Shown here: positions 40,911 to 56,008 of the stretch, piece by piece
Position numbering within the stretch: the stretch's first letter is position 1
How the letters are laid out: each line of letters starts with the position of its first letter
DNA from: an uncultured delta proteobacterium
Lineage (GTDB): Bacteria > Myxococcota > Myxococcia > Myxococcales > Anaeromyxobacteraceae
Direction of reading: 5' to 3'
DNA: 64,000 bases
NCBI GenBank assembly: GCA_963814585.1
Contig: CAWFDF010000004.1
Location: forward strand, 480,001 to 544,000
The notes under the pieces: model-generated
Databases searched by the model: none
The model's input: only the letters and a program-made list of their open reading frames with translations
What the model was told of the DNA's origin: nothing
Translations under genes and position numbers: made by a program

Positions 40911-42668
40911 TTCCTCAGGTACTTCAGCTCGCGCTGGAGATCGACGTGATCCGGCGACATCGCCAGGCCGCGCTTGAGGTGCCTCTCGGCGAGCGCGAGG
41001 TCGCCGATGATCTTGGCCATCTGGCCGAGGAACAGGTAGCCCGCCACGCAGCGCGGGCTCCTCTTCAGCCCCGCCTCGATGGCGCCGGCGGAACGGGGGT
41101 GGACCTTCCGCTTCTCCGGGGCGCCGACGAACTCGCACCAGGCCAGCCACATGCCGTACTCGGCCTCGTCCGGGTTGAGCCTCATGGCCTCGGTGAACTT
41201 GGCGGCGGCCTCCTCGTACTGGCGCGCCTTCACCAGCAGCGTGCCGTTCTGGAAGACCGTCTCGGCCTGGAGGATCCCCATGACGTCGACGGCGACACCG
41301 GCGCCGGTCCTGAGGTCATCGGCGTACTGGGCGCGCTTGGCGTCGTCGCCGAGGATCCCCAGGCCTCGCCGATGCGCGAGAACAGGTCGGCGCAGAGCTT
41401 CTTCACCGCGGGGGAGGCGTTCACCGCCACGGTGTCGGGGTGGTAGGCCTTGGCCAGCTGGAAGTAGGCGATCTTGATCTGGGCCGCGCTGGCGTCGGGG
41501 GCCACCCCCAGCACCTTGAAGTGATCGGCGTCGGCATAGCTGGCGAGCAGCGCCTGCAGCGAGGCCTCGTCGGCCACCGGGGCGGCCCGCGCCGGCGGCG
41601 CGGCGGCCGGCCGTGGCGCGGGCGGAGGCGTCCGGGGGGCCGCGGCGGGTGGACGCGGCGTGGCGGGTGTCGGCGCGGCGACAGGCGGCGCCGGCGCGGG
41701 CGGGGGCCCTGGTGGTGGCGCCGCGGCCACCGGGGGTGGCGGCCGTGCCGGGGCGCTGGGGACCGGGGCGGTGGCGGCGGGCACGGGCGGCTGCGGCGTC
41801 GGCGCGGCGGTCCTGACGCGCGGCGGTCCGAAGGACAGCAGCTCCACCTCCGCCAGCAGCAGCGCCACCCGGAGCACCATGGTGGCGTCGGCGCCGCGGA
41901 GTCGCGCCAGGTCGGAGAGCCGGGTCCCGTCGAAGGCGGCGGCGGCCCGGGCCTCGGCCGGGCCCAGCCGGAGGTCCTCCACCCTGACCCGCCCGGCGAT
42001 CTGGCTGGCGCCGAGCTGCTCCCTCGGTCCCAGCCGGCGCACCACCGCGGCGGCGTCGAAGGCGCGAACGGCCGCGCCCAGCATCACCCAGGGTGAACCC
42101 ATGGGGAAGGCGCTGGGTGGCGGCGCCACCCCGGGCTCCCAGCGCCAGCGCCCGGCCTCGACGCCCAGCGCCCGCGTCACCAGCTGCGCACCGTGCTCCT
42201 GGATCAGCCGGACCAGGTCGGCGCCGTTGACGAGCTTGCGGGTGACCAGCACCCCCACCAGGTCGCCGCCGGGGCCGGCGGCGGCCACGGCCTCGTCCAT
42301 CTGCTCGGGCCGGACCACGCCACGATGGACGAGGTACCCCGGCAGGCCGTCGTCCGGGCTGGAGGTGGTGACGTGCTCCAGCACCCCCTTGCGGAAGGTG
42401 AGCGAGTAGGCCGAGCCCTCCGGGGCCAGGGTGAGCCGCCCGGAGGCGCCGGTGGAGGCCGCCAGCGCGAAGAGCCGCAGCGTGCTCTCGGCGCCGAGGT
42501 CGCCCTCCATGGGAAGGCCGACGGCGAGGGCCGCGTCGGCGGTCACCCGGGGCGCCCCGAGGCCGCGGCTGGCCCCCGGCGCCACGGCCTGGCCCGGCGG
42601 CGGAGCCCGGTCCAGGCGCGGCGGCGAGGCCGGCGCGGGAGCCGGCCGGGGCTTGGGGGATCGGCCAC
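40907..42668 (-). CDS. DUF4388-like + J-domain + TPR protein, with -1 frameshifts at about 42657 and 41358
   Basis: EGDL...SGRLTL (DUF4388-like), Pro-rich linker, HFKVLGV...AYFQLAKAYHPD J-domain, C-terminal TPR-like helices. Both breaks are in C/G homopolymers. Confidence 0.78.
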
Positions 42669-42675
42669 GGAGGCG

Positions 42676-44343
42676 CTAGAGTACCACCGTCTCCCGGTAC
42701 TCGCCGAACACCTCCCGCAGCGCGTCGGAGACCTCGCCGAGCGTGGCGTCGGCCTTCACGGCGGCGAGGATGAGCGGCATGAGGTTGTCGGTCCCGCGAG
42801 CCCCGGCGCGCACCGCATCGACGGCCCGCCGGCAAGCGGCGGCGTCGCGGCGCGCCCGGAACGCCTTGAGCCGGGCCACCTGCTGCTCCTCGAGCGCCGG
42901 GTCGACCTTCATGACGGTGACCGGCGGGTCGTCCGCCTGGTAGGCGTTGACCCCCACCACCACCTGCTGCTTCTGCTCCACCTGCTTCTGCCAGGCGTAG
43001 GCGGCGTCCTGGATCTCGCGCTGCACGAAGCCCTTGGAGATGGCGTGGACCATGCCGCCCATCTCGTCGATCTTCCGGATGTAGGCCTCGGCGCGGGCCT
43101 CGATCTCGTCGGTCATGGCCTCGACCACGTAGCTGCCGCCGAAGGGATCGATGACGTCGGCCGCCCCCGACTCGTTGGCGATGATCTGCTGGGTGCGCAG
43201 CGCGATGCGGGCCGACGCCTCGGTGGGCAGGCCCAGCGCCTCGTCGCGCGAGTTGGTGTGCAGCGACTGCGTGCCGCCCAGCACCGCCGCCAGCGCCTGG
43301 ATGGTGACGCGGACGATGTTGTTGTCGGGCTGCTGCGCGGTGAGCATCGAGCCGGCGGTCTGGGTGTGGAAGCGGAGCATCCAGGAGCGCGGATCCCTGG
43401 CCTTGAAGCGCTCCTTCATGACGCGGGCCCAGAGCCGGCGGGCGGCCCGGTACTTGGCCACCTCCTCGAGCAGGTTGTTGTGGCCGTTGAAGAAGAAGGA
43501 GAGCCGGCCGGCGAAGGCGTCGACGTCGAGCCCGGCCTTGACCGCGGCGTCGACGTACTGGATGCCGTCGGCCAGCGTGAAGGCCACCTCCTGCACCGCC
43601 GTCGAGCCGGCCTCGCGGATGTGGTAGCCGGAGATGGAGATGGGGTTCCACTTCGGCATCACCCTGGCGGTGTAGGCGAAGATGTCGGTGATGAGCCGCA
43701 GCGACGGGACCGGCGGGTAGATGTAGGTGCCCCGGGCGGCGTACTCCTTGAGCAGGTCGTTCTGGATGGTCCCCTGCAGCTCGCCCGGAGGCACGCCCTG
43801 GCGCTCGCCGATGGCCTGGTACATCGAGAGCAGCACCGCGGCGGTGGAGTTGATGGTCATCGAGCTGGAGACGGTCCCGAGCGGGATGCCGTCGAGCAGC
43901 GTGGCCATGTCGTCGATGGAGTCGATGGCCACGCCGACCTTGCCCACCTCGCCCTGGGCGCGCGGGTGGTCCGAGTCGCGCCCCATCTGCGTGGGCAGGT
44001 CGAAGGCCACCGAGAGGCCGGTCTGGCCCGACTTGAGCAGGTACTTGTACCGCTCGTTCGACTCGGCGGCGGTGCCGAAGCCGGCGTACTGGCGCATGGT
44101 CCAGAAGCGGGCCCGGTACATGGTCGGCTGCACGCCGCGGGTGAAGGGGTACTCGCCGGGGAGGCCGAGCCGCGCCTCCAGGCCGGGCTTCACGTCGGCG
44201 GCCACGTAGACCGGCTGCTGCGGGATCCCGCTGCTGGTCTCGAAGCTGGGGCGCCGCTCCGGCGACCTGGCCACCGCCTTCCCGTACGGCCCCTTGAGCC
44301 AGCGCTCCTTCTCGATGCGGCCCTGCTCGCGATCGTCACCCAT
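42676..44343 (-). CDS. Methylmalonyl-CoA mutase, substrate-binding (large) subunit without a B12-binding domain
   Basis: [61 protein letters not shown]; ends [16 protein letters not shown]. Tyr in RQYAG and Arg in YAARG indicate MCM rather than isobutyryl-CoA mutase. Confidence 0.92.
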   Translation of the reverse strand: MGDDREQGRIEKERWLKGPYGKAVARSPERRPSFETSSGIPQQPVYVAADVKPGLEARLGLPGEYPFTRGVQPTMYRARFWTMRQYAGFGTAAESNERYKYLLKSGQTGLSVAFDLPTQMGRDSDHPRAQGEVGKVGVAIDSIDDMATLLDGIPLGTVSSSMTINSTAAVLLSMYQAIGERQGVPPGELQGTIQNDLLKEYAARGTYIYPPVPSLRLITDIFAYTARVMPKWNPISISGYHIREAGSTAVQEVAFTLADGIQYVDAAVKAGLDVDAFAGRLSFFFNGHNNLLEEVAKYRAARRLWARVMKERFKARDPRSWMLRFHTQTAGSMLTAQQPDNNIVRVTIQALAAVLGGTQSLHTNSRDEALGLPTEASARIALRTQQIIANESGAADVIDPFGGSYVVEAMTDEIEARAEAYIRKIDEMGGMVHAISKGFVQREIQDAAYAWQKQVEQKQQVVVGVNAYQADDPPVTVMKVDPALEEQQVARLKAFRARRDAAACRRAVDAVRAGARGTDNLMPLILAAVKADATLGEVSDALREVFGEYRETVVL

Positions 44344-44363
44344 GGCGTCCTCGGTCCTCCGTG

Positions 44364-44887
44364 TCAGGGTTTCCTGGCCTGCTCGACGGCCAGCAGCGTC
44401 GCGCCGCTCGCCACGTCCTGTCCCGCCTCGACCCGCAGCTCGGTCACCGTCCCGTCGCCCGGGCTGCACAGCTGGTTCTCCATCCGCAGCGCCTCCAGCA
44501 CCAGCAGCGGCTGCCCCCGAGTCACCGGGTCGCCCAGCTTCACCAGCACCTTCAGCACCCGCCCCGGCAGCGGCGCGGCCAGCGGCTGCCGTCCCTCGAC
44601 GGTGAGCGTCCCCAGGGCCCGCCGCATCCGCAGCCGCCGCTCGGGGAGGATCTCCATGGGGAAGACGGCGCCCCGCACCCGGACCCGGACCTGGGCGCCC
44701 CGCTCGTCGAAGGTGACGTCGTGGCTGGCGGTGTCGACGAGGAGCGAGAGGCTGCCGGCGTCGGGGCGGAAGGCGTCGACGTCGAGCTGGCGGCCGCCGA
44801 TCCGCACCCGGTAGCGGCCGGGGCCGGCCTCCTCGACGTCGATCTCCACCTCGCGCTTGCCGGCGTCGAGGAGCGCCACGTAGCGGC

Positions 44888-44891
<4 letters not shown>
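44364..44891 (-). CDS. Biotin carboxyl carrier-like subunit (BT-like + biotinyl domain) lacking the biotin-accepting Lys
   Basis: [36 protein letters not shown]...[19 protein letters not shown] is replaced by EALRM; ATGA overlap with the biotin carboxylase stop. Confidence 0.85.
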
Positions 44892-46425
<1,534 letters not shown>

Positions 46426-46577
46426 GTGGGGACACCCCGGTGGCAGGGCTGCTGCGAAGAGCGTGTGCGTCGGGGTGGGGACGATACCCGCGCAGGCGCG
46501 GGGCCGTCCAGCGATCACGCGGCCGGGGGATTTGCTACCCTGCGTGGTCGGCCCTGTGGGGCCCGGAGGCGGACCGC

Positions 46578-47132
46578 ATGTGGTTCCTGCTGCTGGTGAT
46601 CGGCGCGGTGGTGGTGCAGCTGGCCGGGGTGCCCGCCAGCCGCCGGCTGCCGGTCCCGCCCCCACCCGAGGCCCTGCTGATCGCCTGGTTCCTCTTCGCC
46701 GCCGCGGTTCGCCTGGCGGTGATGCGGCTCCGCCTGGCCTCCTTCGAGCGCAAGGCCAAGCGGCTGGCGCGCCGCACCAGCGACCCGGCCGTCTCGCCGA
46801 TGGGCGAGCTCGGGCTCGGGGTGGGGCGGGGGGCGCTCCTGGCCGTGGGCGGCGACGTGCTCGGGGCCTCGCTGTCGCTGGTGGCGGCGCTGCTGCGCGG
46901 CACCGCCGGCTCGCTCCGGACCCCGCCCACGCCGCAGCGGGAGCGCCGGCGGGCCTCCCGCAGGGAGCGGCTGAACGCGGCCACCTGCGTGCTGGGGGTC
47001 GGGCTCGCCTGCGTCGGCCTGGCCTGGTGGCCGCTGGTCGGCGGCCAGGCCTCCCGGGCCGCCGTCCCGGCGCTGCGCGCGGTCGGCCTGGTGCCCGAGG
47101 CGCCCACCATCGGGCCCCCACCGGCCCGCTGA
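46578..47132 (+). CDS. Hypothetical membrane protein
   Basis: [17 protein letters not shown]..., several hydrophobic segments. Confidence 0.6.
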   Translation: MWFLLLVIGAVVVQLAGVPASRRLPVPPPPEALLIAWFLFAAAVRLAVMRLRLASFERKAKRLARRTSDPAVSPMGELGLGVGRGALLAVGGDVLGASLSLVAALLRGTAGSLRTPPTPQRERRRASRRERLNAATCVLGVGLACVGLAWWPLVGGQASRAAVPALRAVGLVPEAPTIGPPPAR

Positions 47133-47133
47133 C

Positions 47134-47886
47134 CTACGTGCCCCTGGCCGCGCTACCGAGGACCCCCTTGCCGCCCGGCAGCGCCGCGAGGATGGCGGCT
47201 CGCGTCGCCTCCTTGAGCGCGGCCGGGTCGTTCCCGAACTGCGAGGGGTGGATGGGATCGAGCACCTGGACCCGGGCCCTCATCGAGTCCCGGAAGAGGA
47301 TGCCGTGCTTGGGGAGGGCGTCGCCGGTGCCGCTCACCGCCACCGGGTAGACCGGGCAGTTGGCGTCGCAGGCCAGCTTGAAGGCCCCCTCCTTGAACGG
47401 CAGCATGACCCCGTCCTGCGAGCGGGTCCCCTCCGGGAAGATCAGCACCGGCACGCCGCGGTCGAGGTGGGCGCGGCAGCGGGCCATCATCAGGCGCACC
47501 GACTCGCGATCGCCCCGCCAGATGGGGACGTACTCGCAGAGCCTCATGTTCCAGCCCACGAAGGGCAGGCGAAACAGCTCCCCCTTGGCGACCCACTTGA
47601 AGGGCGAGAAGAGGCCGTAGAGGACGAGGATGTCGAGGATGGAGAGGTGGTTGGCGGTGATCACCGCCGGCCCGTGCCACGGCAGCTTCTCCCGCCCCTC
47701 CACCTTCACCCGCCAGATGGGATTGACCCAGACGTAGAGCATCCCCCAGAAGCAGCCGAACAGGTGGACCCAGGTGCGCCGGCGGTCGAGCGGCGCCGTG
47801 ACCAGGAAGATGGCCAGCTGCGTCACCATCAGCGGCGGCAGCGAGACCAGGAAGAAGAGCCAGTAGAGGATCGAGAAGAGCGCCAT
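47134..47886 (-). CDS. 1-acyl-sn-glycerol-3-phosphate acyltransferase (PlsC family)
   Basis: NHLSILD, AKGELF, FPEGTRS, FKEGAF. Confidence 0.9.
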   Translation of the reverse strand: MALFSILYWLFFLVSLPPLMVTQLAIFLVTAPLDRRRTWVHLFGCFWGMLYVWVNPIWRVKVEGREKLPWHGPAVITANHLSILDILVLYGLFSPFKWVAKGELFRLPFVGWNMRLCEYVPIWRGDRESVRLMMARCRAHLDRGVPVLIFPEGTRSQDGVMLPFKEGAFKLACDANCPVYPVAVSGTGDALPKHGILFRDSMRARVQVLDPIHPSQFGNDPAALKEATRAAILAALPGGKGVLGSAARGT

Positions 47887-47899
47887 GGCGATCCCCGGT

Positions 47900-49234
47900 T
47901 CAGGGTGAGGCCGGCCCGCCGGCGCCGGCCGAGGCGGCCACGGCCTCGAGGATGCGGTAGGTGCCGAACTTGGGGAGCCGCATGTAGCCGGCCCAGGCCG
48001 CCGAGGCCAGCAGGCCGTCGGAGAGCCAGTCGGAGAACCACTCGGCGGCGAAGCGGGGGTCGCGCTGCTTGAGCGCCGCGCCGCCCTCGCGCGCCCAGCG
48101 CCGGTTGTAGCGCTCGTGGACGCCCACCGGCGGCGCCGAGATGAGCGGCAGCCCGAGCGCGGCGTAGAAGGTCAGCTCGGAGGGCTTGGTCCAGAGCGCG
48201 TCGGTGCGGGCCAGCAGCGCGTTGAACTGGGAGTAATAGGCGGCGAAGTCGGGAGCGCGCAGGACCTCCAGCCCCCCCCCCAGGTGCCCCTCCAGCCGGG
48301 CGCCGTGGATGGCCTCGCGGAAGCGGGCCTCCACCTCGGGCCGGACCCCGGCCACCAGCGCCAGGCGGATGCGGCCGGCGTCGAGCAGCGGCCGGAAGCC
48401 CGGCAGGAAGGCCCGCGCCAGCTCGGACTGGGCCCCGGCGCCGCCCACCGCGAAGGTGAGCAGCGGCGGCCGCCCCGCCTCCTCGACCGGAAGCGGCACG
48501 CCCAGGAAGGCGGCCAGCTCCTCCGGCATCTCGCGCCGGAACTCACCGGAGGGGTCGAGCCGCACCAGCCGCGCCGCCAGGTGGCGCCTCAGGGCCGGCA
48601 GCGTCGGCCCCCCCAGCAGCTCGTGGGGCAGCGGGAAGCCGGTGAAGGTGATGCGCGGCTCGGGGACACCGTAGGCGCGGAGCCGCCGGGCGGCGCGCCG
48701 CGTCGGCACCAGGTACTGGATCCGGGTGGTCTCCGGCCCGGCCGGCACCCAGATCCGGTTGATGTCCGAGTCGGTCACCACGCAGAAGATCCGGTCGTGG
48801 CCGGCCCGGTCGGCCACGATGGCCGGCGAGTAGAAGGTGGTGAGCAGCGGCGCCCCGGTCTCGCGCAGCCGGGCCACCAGGCCGGCGCCGAGGTTCCGCC
48901 GGATGAGCCGCTCCAGGGTGATGACGGAGCGCGTCGGCGCCGAGAGATCACGGTAGGGGTGGAGCCGGGGGATGTCGGTGATGCCGTCGAGCAGGAGCCG
49001 CAGCGGGGCGCCGATGACCGGGACCTGCGACAGGCGCGAGACCAGCTCGTAGGCCCGTCGGACCCGGGCCCAGAGCTTCTCCTCCCCCGGCGCCACCACC
49101 GGCGGCCGGTCCACGTGGACCACCGCCGTGCCCAGCCCCTGGGCCAGCGGGGTGGCGGCGCGCAGGTGGCCGTACCCCATCTCGACGGCGACGACGAGCG
49201 GCAGGGGCCGGGGGGTCTGGAGGTCGGTCGGCAT
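47900..49234 (-). CDS. GT-B-like protein resembling UgtP/MGDG-synthase glycosyltransferases
   Basis: [41 protein letters not shown]. Confidence 0.6.
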   Translation of the reverse strand: MPTDLQTPRPLPLVVAVEMGYGHLRAATPLAQGLGTAVVHVDRPPVVAPGEEKLWARVRRAYELVSRLSQVPVIGAPLRLLLDGITDIPRLHPYRDLSAPTRSVITLERLIRRNLGAGLVARLRETGAPLLTTFYSPAIVADRAGHDRIFCVVTDSDINRIWVPAGPETTRIQYLVPTRRAARRLRAYGVPEPRITFTGFPLPHELLGGPTLPALRRHLAARLVRLDPSGEFRREMPEELAAFLGVPLPVEEAGRPPLLTFAVGGAGAQSELARAFLPGFRPLLDAGRIRLALVAGVRPEVEARFREAIHGARLEGHLGGGLEVLRAPDFAAYYSQFNALLARTDALWTKPSELTFYAALGLPLISAPPVGVHERYNRRWAREGGAALKQRDPRFAAEWFSDWLSDGLLASAAWAGYMRLPKFGTYRILEAVAASAGAGGPASP

Positions 49235-49504
49235 CGCGGCGAGGCGGCGCCAAGGTACCAGAGGTCCAGCGGATGGGTCGAATCGACGCCGGCCAGGCCG
49301 GTGGCCGCGACCCCTCGAGGCGCAGCGCGTCAACTCGCGGTGGTGGCCGGGGCGTCACCGAGAGGCAAGGCGGGGAGCGCCGCCGGAGCCACGATCACGC
49401 TTCCGATCGTGCAACCAGGTGTATTAGGCTTTTTCCGTCCAGCCCGCGGACGCTGGATCGACTGTCATCTCGGCGGCTCGAATCGAAGAAAGCGAATCAA
49501 CAGC

Positions 49505-49708
49505 ATGGCGACCGGTACCGTGAAGTGGTTCAACGATGCGAAGGGCTTCGGCTTCATCACCCAGGACAACGGTGGTGAGGACGTCTTCTGTCACTACAGC
49601 GCCATCAACGCGGACGGCTTCAAGAGCCTGTCCGAGGGGCAGAAGGTGGAGTTCGACGTGGTCAAGGGGCCGAAGGGGCTCCAGGCCGCGAACGTTCGCA
49701 AGGTCTAG
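49505..49708 (+). CDS. cspA: Cold-shock protein
   Basis: [18 protein letters not shown]...DVFCHYSAI...[10 protein letters not shown]; exact paralog name uncertain. Confidence 0.93.
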   Translation: MATGTVKWFNDAKGFGFITQDNGGEDVFCHYSAINADGFKSLSEGQKVEFDVVKGPKGLQAANVRKV

Positions 49709-49731
49709 GCCCCCCGCTCGACCGCAGTGAT

Positions 49732-49767
49732 CGGCCCGGTCCCTCGCGAGGGGGACCGGGCCGTTCA
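49732..49767 (+). terminator. Strong hairpin between convergent csp and FKBP genes
   Basis: 12-bp stem CGGCCCGGTCCC/GGGACCGGGCCG followed by TTCA. Confidence 0.6.
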
Positions 49768-49792
49768 CGTCCGGGCCACGCGAGGGGCGCCA

Positions 49793-50116
49793 TCAGCCGA
49801 CGCCGAGCAGCTCGACCTCGAAGACCAGCGTCGCCTGCGGGGGGATCGCGCCGGGGAAGCCGCGCATGCCGTAGGCCAGCTCCGGCGGGATGGTGAGCCT
49901 CCGCCGGCCGCCCACCTTCATGCCGGCCACGCCCTGATCCCAGCCCTTGATGACCTGACCGCCGCCGAGCGTGAAGCCGAAGGGGCTGCCGCCCCGCGAG
50001 GAGTCGAACTGCTTCCCGTCGAGCAGCCATCCCGTGTAGTGGACCTCCACCCTCAGGCCGGCCCGGGCCTCCGCGCCCGTCCCGACCTGCTGCTCCACGA
50101 TCTCGACCGTGCCCAC
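49793..50116 (-). CDS. FKBP-type peptidyl-prolyl isomerase
   Basis: [43 protein letters not shown] before the GTG. Confidence 0.93.
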   Translation of the reverse strand: MGTVEIVEQQVGTGAEARAGLRVEVHYTGWLLDGKQFDSSRGGSPFGFTLGGGQVIKGWDQGVAGMKVGGRRRLTIPPELAYGMRGFPGAIPPQATLVFEVELLGVG

Positions 50117-50142
50117 GTGGACCTCCTGGTGGTGAGCTGCCG

Positions 50143-51705
<1,563 letters not shown>

Positions 51706-51773
51706 GTCGGGCTTGGAACCTCCGCTGTCCTGATAGCACGGACGGGGCGCCGGCGAGGCGGCCCACCGTCGTC

Positions 51774-54755
51774 CTACAACCGGTAGCCGCTCCGCGTGAA
51801 CCAGCCGGCCCAGGCGCGCGCCGCCTGCTCCCGCTCCGCCGAGGTCGAATCGGGGGAGTAGCTGACCGGCGGAGGCGCGATCCGCCCCAGCTCGGCGGCC
51901 GCGGCCGCCCGGACCTCGCGATCCTCGGCGGTCAGGCCTCCGAATATCCACTCGGCCCGGCCACGTCCTCGGTTCTCCTTCCACCAGAGCAGCCACGGGC
52001 GCGGCGACGATCCGTGCCGCTGCATGGTGATGATGGAGAGCGCCTCGGCGATCGCGGCCGCGGTGGACGGATCGGCCCCCTCGAGCGCCTGGATCAGGAT
52101 GGGGATTGACTCCACGTCCCGGAGGGCGGCGAGCGCCCGCGCCGCGGGGGCGGCCCGGGCCGACAGCCCCGAGGCGAGCGCCCGCCGCAGCCGCTCCGGG
52201 ATGGTCCGGATGGCCGCCGTGCCACGGTGGGCGGCCAGCGCCTCCCGCGCCGCCTCGGCCACCTCCGGGGCGGGATCGAGGCAGCGGTCGGCGAGCGCCG
52301 CCAGCGAGGCCGGATCGCCGATGGCGCCGAGCAGCTCCGCGGCGGCGCGCCGACGGGAGGGCGCGGGATTGTCGAGCGCGGCGAGGAGCAGCGGCACCGC
52401 CGGCTGGCCGATGGCGACCAGGGCCTCGAAGGCGGGGCCACGCGCCGCCGGGATGGACGGGCCGGTGGCGAGGTAGGCGTCGACGAGCTCTCCGGCCGGA
52501 TCGGGGACGCCGTGCGGCAGGGTCTCGCCGGCGGCGGCGGCAGCCGCGCCTCGCTCCACGGGCGCCTCCGGCGCGAGGTCCAGCGGTGGCTCGGGCGGAA
52601 GTGGCTCGGGCCCGGGCTCGGGCTCGGGCAACGCCAGCTCCGTGGTCACCTCCGCGGTCGGCGCCGGATCCTCCAGGATGGGCGCAGGCTCCACCGGGAA
52701 GAGCACGGCCTCATCCGGGGCGGGCGCAGCCGCCTCCAGGACGGGCGCGGCTTCCACCGGGAAGAGCGCAGCCTCCTCCGGGGCGGGCGCAGGCTCCACC
52801 GGGAAGAGCGCGGCCTCCTCCGGGGCGGGCGCAGCTGCCTCCAGGGCGGGCTCAGGCTCCACCTGGAGGAGCGCAGCCTCCTCCGGGGCGAGCGCGGCTT
52901 CTACCGGGAAGAGCACGGCCTCCTCCGGGGCGGGCGCAGCCGCCTCCAGGACGGGAGCGGCTTCCACCGGGAAGAGCGCAGCCTCCTCCGGGGCGGGCGC
53001 AGGCTCCGCGGGGATGGGCGCAGCCTCCTCCCGGATCTTCGCGGGCTCCAGCAGGAAGGTGGCGTCCGCCTCCAGCGTGGAAGCGGGCTCCGCCGGGAAG
53101 GGCGCAGCCTCTTCCGGGATGGGCGCGAAGAGCCCGTCCGGGATGGAGCTTGCCTCCCGAGGTGACGGTGGGGGCTCCTCCGGGATCGGCGCCGGCTCCT
53201 CCACGATCGGCGCGAAGAGCTCGTCCGGCTCGAGCTGGCCACCGGCGGCGAAGAAGTCCGCCTCGGCCGCGGTCACCTTCGCCGGCTCGCTGCCCGGTCC
53301 GCGCCAGGCCGGCTCGGACCGCTGGAAGGGGCCGGGAGGCGCCTCGGCCGGCCGTGACCCGACGGTGGACGGCCCCTCTCCCTTTCGCGTCTTGATGATC
53401 CGCTCGAAGGCGGCGCCGATGGTGGAGCAGAAGAGGAGCAGGTCGCCGAGGCGCCGCGCCGAGACCGTGCCGCCGCCGTTGTCGGCATAGAGGAGGCAGA
53501 CCGGCCGGTTCCGCAGCAGGATGGGGGTCACCAGCACGGTGCGCGGCGTGCCGCGCCCCAGGGCGTCGAGCACCGCCTGGTTGGCCGGGGCGTTCCGGTC
53601 GACGCGGCCGAGGTACGGGGCCATGGTCTCGATGGCGGTGCGGAAGATCCCCAGATCGCTCGAGTAGATGGCGACGGTGCGGGCCAGGTCGCGAGCGTCG
53701 CCCTCGGGCCCGAGACCGTCGTGGCCGGCGATCGCGTCACGGGTCACGGCGAAGAGCGCCGCGAACTGGAAGAAGTCGCGGGCGTAGCGCAGCACGGTGA
53801 CCACCACCTCGTCGCGGGTCCGGGCCCGGGCCAGCGCGGCCCGGGCCTGCTCCAGGGTCCAGCGTGGGGGCGCCGAGCGGTCCAGCGGGTTCGGCGCCTC
53901 CGAGGACGCTGGTGCGCCGGGACCCGGCCCGTCACCGGGCTCGGCCACGGCGATGCCGGCGTCCGGGGCGGCGTCCGCCGGTGCGTCCGGCGGCGCTTCC
54001 GGCGACTCGACGTCGAACATCTCCAGGGCCTCGGCCAGCGCGGCCGACAGCGGCTCGAGCGGCTCGCCCAGTTCCCGGGAGAAGCCCGCGAAGCCAGCAG
54101 GTGGGCGCGTCGGACCGGGTTCGCCGGGCGAGGCCGGTGCGGTGGTGATCGCCGGCATGGCCGAGCCGAGGTAGATCCCGGGCGCCGTCACGATCGGGGC
54201 CTCGTCGCTCGAGGCCGGCGGCCCGCCGGTCTCCGGCTCCGGTGCCTCGGGTTCCGCGGCCACCACGCCGGGGCTGGTTCCCCGGTCGGCGGACTGCTCG
54301 GCCAGCCGGGCCAGCCGCGGCGGGAGCGGCCCGCCGTAGAGCTGCTGGATGAGCGCGCGGACTCGCCACTCCGGCCCGACGTGCGGTGCCAGGTGGAGCG
54401 AGAGCATGAAGCTCACCTCGTCGAGCAGGCTGAGGTCGACCGGGCAGGTCGCCACCAGCGAGAGCTCGCGGCCCTCGAGCGCGAAGGGAGCGAGCCCGTG
54501 CCGCTCCGCCACCTTCGACGGGAAGACCCGGCGGGCCCGGGCGTCCACCCGCTCGTAGGCCGAGAGCGGCGCCGCCGGCAGGTCCGAGGCACGGGCCAGC
54601 GCGCCCACCAGGCGGGCCTCCGCGACCAACCCCAGCTCCAGCAGGGCGGTGTCGAGCGTGCCGCCGGCCTCCTTCTGCCGGGCCAGCGCGCGTCGCAGCC
54701 CCTCGGGGGAGACGATCCCCTCCTCGAGGAGGAGCTGTGAGAGCTCGCGCGCCAA
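51774..54755 (-). CDS. FrgA-like protein: MshEN/T2SSE_N-like N-terminus, GAF-like middle, acidic repeat linker, HEAT repeats
   Basis: TTG start with [20 protein letters not shown]...LARQ...[29 protein letters not shown]-terminal HEAT-like repeats ending W..WWKEN. Confidence 0.7.
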   Translation of the reverse strand: MARELSQLLLEEGIVSPEGLRRALARQKEAGGTLDTALLELGLVAEARLVGALARASDLPAAPLSAYERVDARARRVFPSKVAERHGLAPFALEGRELSLVATCPVDLSLLDEVSFMLSLHLAPHVGPEWRVRALIQQLYGGPLPPRLARLAEQSADRGTSPGVVAAEPEAPEPETGGPPASSDEAPIVTAPGIYLGSAMPAITTAPASPGEPGPTRPPAGFAGFSRELGEPLEPLSAALAEALEMFDVESPEAPPDAPADAAPDAGIAVAEPGDGPGPGAPASSEAPNPLDRSAPPRWTLEQARAALARARTRDEVVVTVLRYARDFFQFAALFAVTRDAIAGHDGLGPEGDARDLARTVAIYSSDLGIFRTAIETMAPYLGRVDRNAPANQAVLDALGRGTPRTVLVTPILLRNRPVCLLYADNGGGTVSARRLGDLLLFCSTIGAAFERIIKTRKGEGPSTVGSRPAEAPPGPFQRSEPAWRGPGSEPAKVTAAEADFFAAGGQLEPDELFAPIVEEPAPIPEEPPPSPREASSIPDGLFAPIPEEAAPFPAEPASTLEADATFLLEPAKIREEAAPIPAEPAPAPEEAALFPVEAAPVLEAAAPAPEEAVLFPVEAALAPEEAALLQVEPEPALEAAAPAPEEAALFPVEPAPAPEEAALFPVEAAPVLEAAAPAPDEAVLFPVEPAPILEDPAPTAEVTTELALPEPEPGPEPLPPEPPLDLAPEAPVERGAAAAAAGETLPHGVPDPAGELVDAYLATGPSIPAARGPAFEALVAIGQPAVPLLLAALDNPAPSRRRAAAELLGAIGDPASLAALADRCLDPAPEVAEAAREALAAHRGTAAIRTIPERLRRALASGLSARAAPAARALAALRDVESIPILIQALEGADPSTAAAIAEALSIITMQRHGSSPRPWLLWWKENRGRGRAEWIFGGLTAEDREVRAAAAAELGRIAPPPVSYSPDSTSAEREQAARAWAGWFTRSGYRL
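52670..53120 (-). repeat. Intragenic tandem repeats encoding [12 protein letters not shown](AAPVLEAAA) units
   Basis: At least six recurrences of CCACCGGGAAGAGC...CCTCCTCCGGGGCG-like units with 42- and 63-bp spacing. Confidence 0.8.
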
Positions 54756-54804
54756 TGGTGTTCCCCCTTTCAGGCTTCCAGTAGTGCCCCGATCGTCGGA
54801 CCGG

Positions 54805-55218
54805 TCAAGGCGCCTCGACCACGGCGGTGTCGGCCAGGAGGTCGTGCAGGCCGCGCCCGGACCGCGTGAAGAGGGCCACCAGCGGGCCGGTCCCCAGCAG
54901 CGCGACGCCCACCACCGCGGCGGCGGCTCGCCGGGCGCTGCGGCCGAGGCCGGGTCGCGCCCCATCGGGACCGACCACGCGCAGGCCGGTGGCCCGCTTG
55001 CCGAAGGTGGCGCCGAGCAGCCAGGTGCAGAGCAGCTGGTAGGTGAAGGCGGCCAGCGCCAGCGCCGTCAGCGCCGGGATCAGCAGCCGCGGCTCGGCTC
55101 CGAGCCAGGTCGCCGTCGCCACGGCGACCAGGGCAAACGGGAGGCCGTCGATGGCCCAGGCGGCGGCCCGCCTGCCGGCGCGGGCCCGGCGCAGCTCGAT
55201 GACGGGGCCTTCGGCCAT
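54805..55218 (-). CDS. RDD family membrane protein
   Basis: RRAAAWAID, GATFGKRATGLRVV, GLHDLLADTAVV. Confidence 0.85.
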   Translation of the reverse strand: MAEGPVIELRRARAGRRAAAWAIDGLPFALVAVATATWLGAEPRLLIPALTALALAAFTYQLLCTWLLGATFGKRATGLRVVGPDGARPGLGRSARRAAAAVVGVALLGTGPLVALFTRSGRGLHDLLADTAVVEAP

Positions 55219-55279
55219 CCCTGCAAGCTACCCCGGCAGGAGGTGCGGGCAAGGATTCGGGCGCCGGTCCCGCGCCGCC

Positions 55280-56008
55280 CTACCGGCCCAGGTCCCCGGC
55301 CACGGCCTGCAGCACCGCCAGCCCGGCGATGGCCGCGGTCTCGGCCCGCAGGGTGCGTGGGCCGAGCGCAGCGCCGACGCCGCCGGCCGAAAGGCAGGCC
55401 GCCAGCTCGCCATCCGTCAACCCGCCCTCGGGTCCGACCACCAGCGCCACGCCCGGCGCCTCGTCGAGCCCGAGCGCGCCGAGCGGCGCGCCGCCCGGCC
55501 CTTGGAGGATCACCAGCCGGTGACCGCCCGGCACCGCGGCCAGGGCGCCGGCCAGCGACACCGGCGCCTCGACCACCGGCACGTCGGCCCGCCCGCACTG
55601 GCGCGCCGCCTCCTCGGCGATGCGCCGCCAGCGCACCGCCCGCTCCCGTCCCTTGTCGGGGTCGAGCCTCACCACGGACCGTTCGGCGGCCCACGGGGCC
55701 AGCCTCGCCACGCCCAGCTCGGTCGCCTTCTGCACCACCAGGTCGTTCTTCTCGCCCTTGGCGAGCGCGAAGAGCAGCGAGATGGCCGGTCCGGCGGCCA
55801 GCGCCGCCCGCCTCGCCCCCACCGCCAGCGCCTCGAAGCCCGGCTCGATGGTGGCCTCCCAGGCCCCGCCCCGCCCGTCGAAGAGCTCGACCGCCGCGCC
55901 CGGCGGGAGCCGCAGCACGTCGCGCAGGTAGTGGCGCGCCTCGCCGGTCAGATCGGCCCGCGCCGCGCCGATCCGCTCCGGCGGCAGGTGGATCCTCCGG
56001 CGGGTCAC
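55280..56008 (-). CDS. rsmE: 16S rRNA m3U1498 methyltransferase
   Basis: HYLRDVLRL, VQKATELGV, EAARQCGR, VGPEGGL, LGPRTLRAETA; GTGA overlap with prmA. Confidence 0.93.
   Translation of the reverse strand: MTRRRIHLPPERIGAARADLTGEARHYLRDVLRLPPGAAVELFDGRGGAWEATIEPGFEALAVGARRAALAAGPAISLLFALAKGEKNDLVVQKATELGVARLAPWAAERSVVRLDPDKGRERAVRWRRIAEEAARQCGRADVPVVEAPVSLAGALAAVPGGHRLVILQGPGGAPLGALGLDEAPGVALVVGPEGGLTDGELAACLSAGGVGAALGPRTLRAETAAIAGLAVLQAVAGDLGR

Noticed and set aside
42676..44343. Isobutyryl-CoA or 2-hydroxyisobutyryl-CoA mutase
   Set aside because: The specificity residues are Tyr (RQYAG) and Arg (YAARG), the methylmalonyl-CoA pattern.
52670..53120. Regularly spaced repeats as a CRISPR array
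   Set aside because: The units are in-frame multiples of 3 inside a CDS, have no unique spacers, and there are no cas genes.
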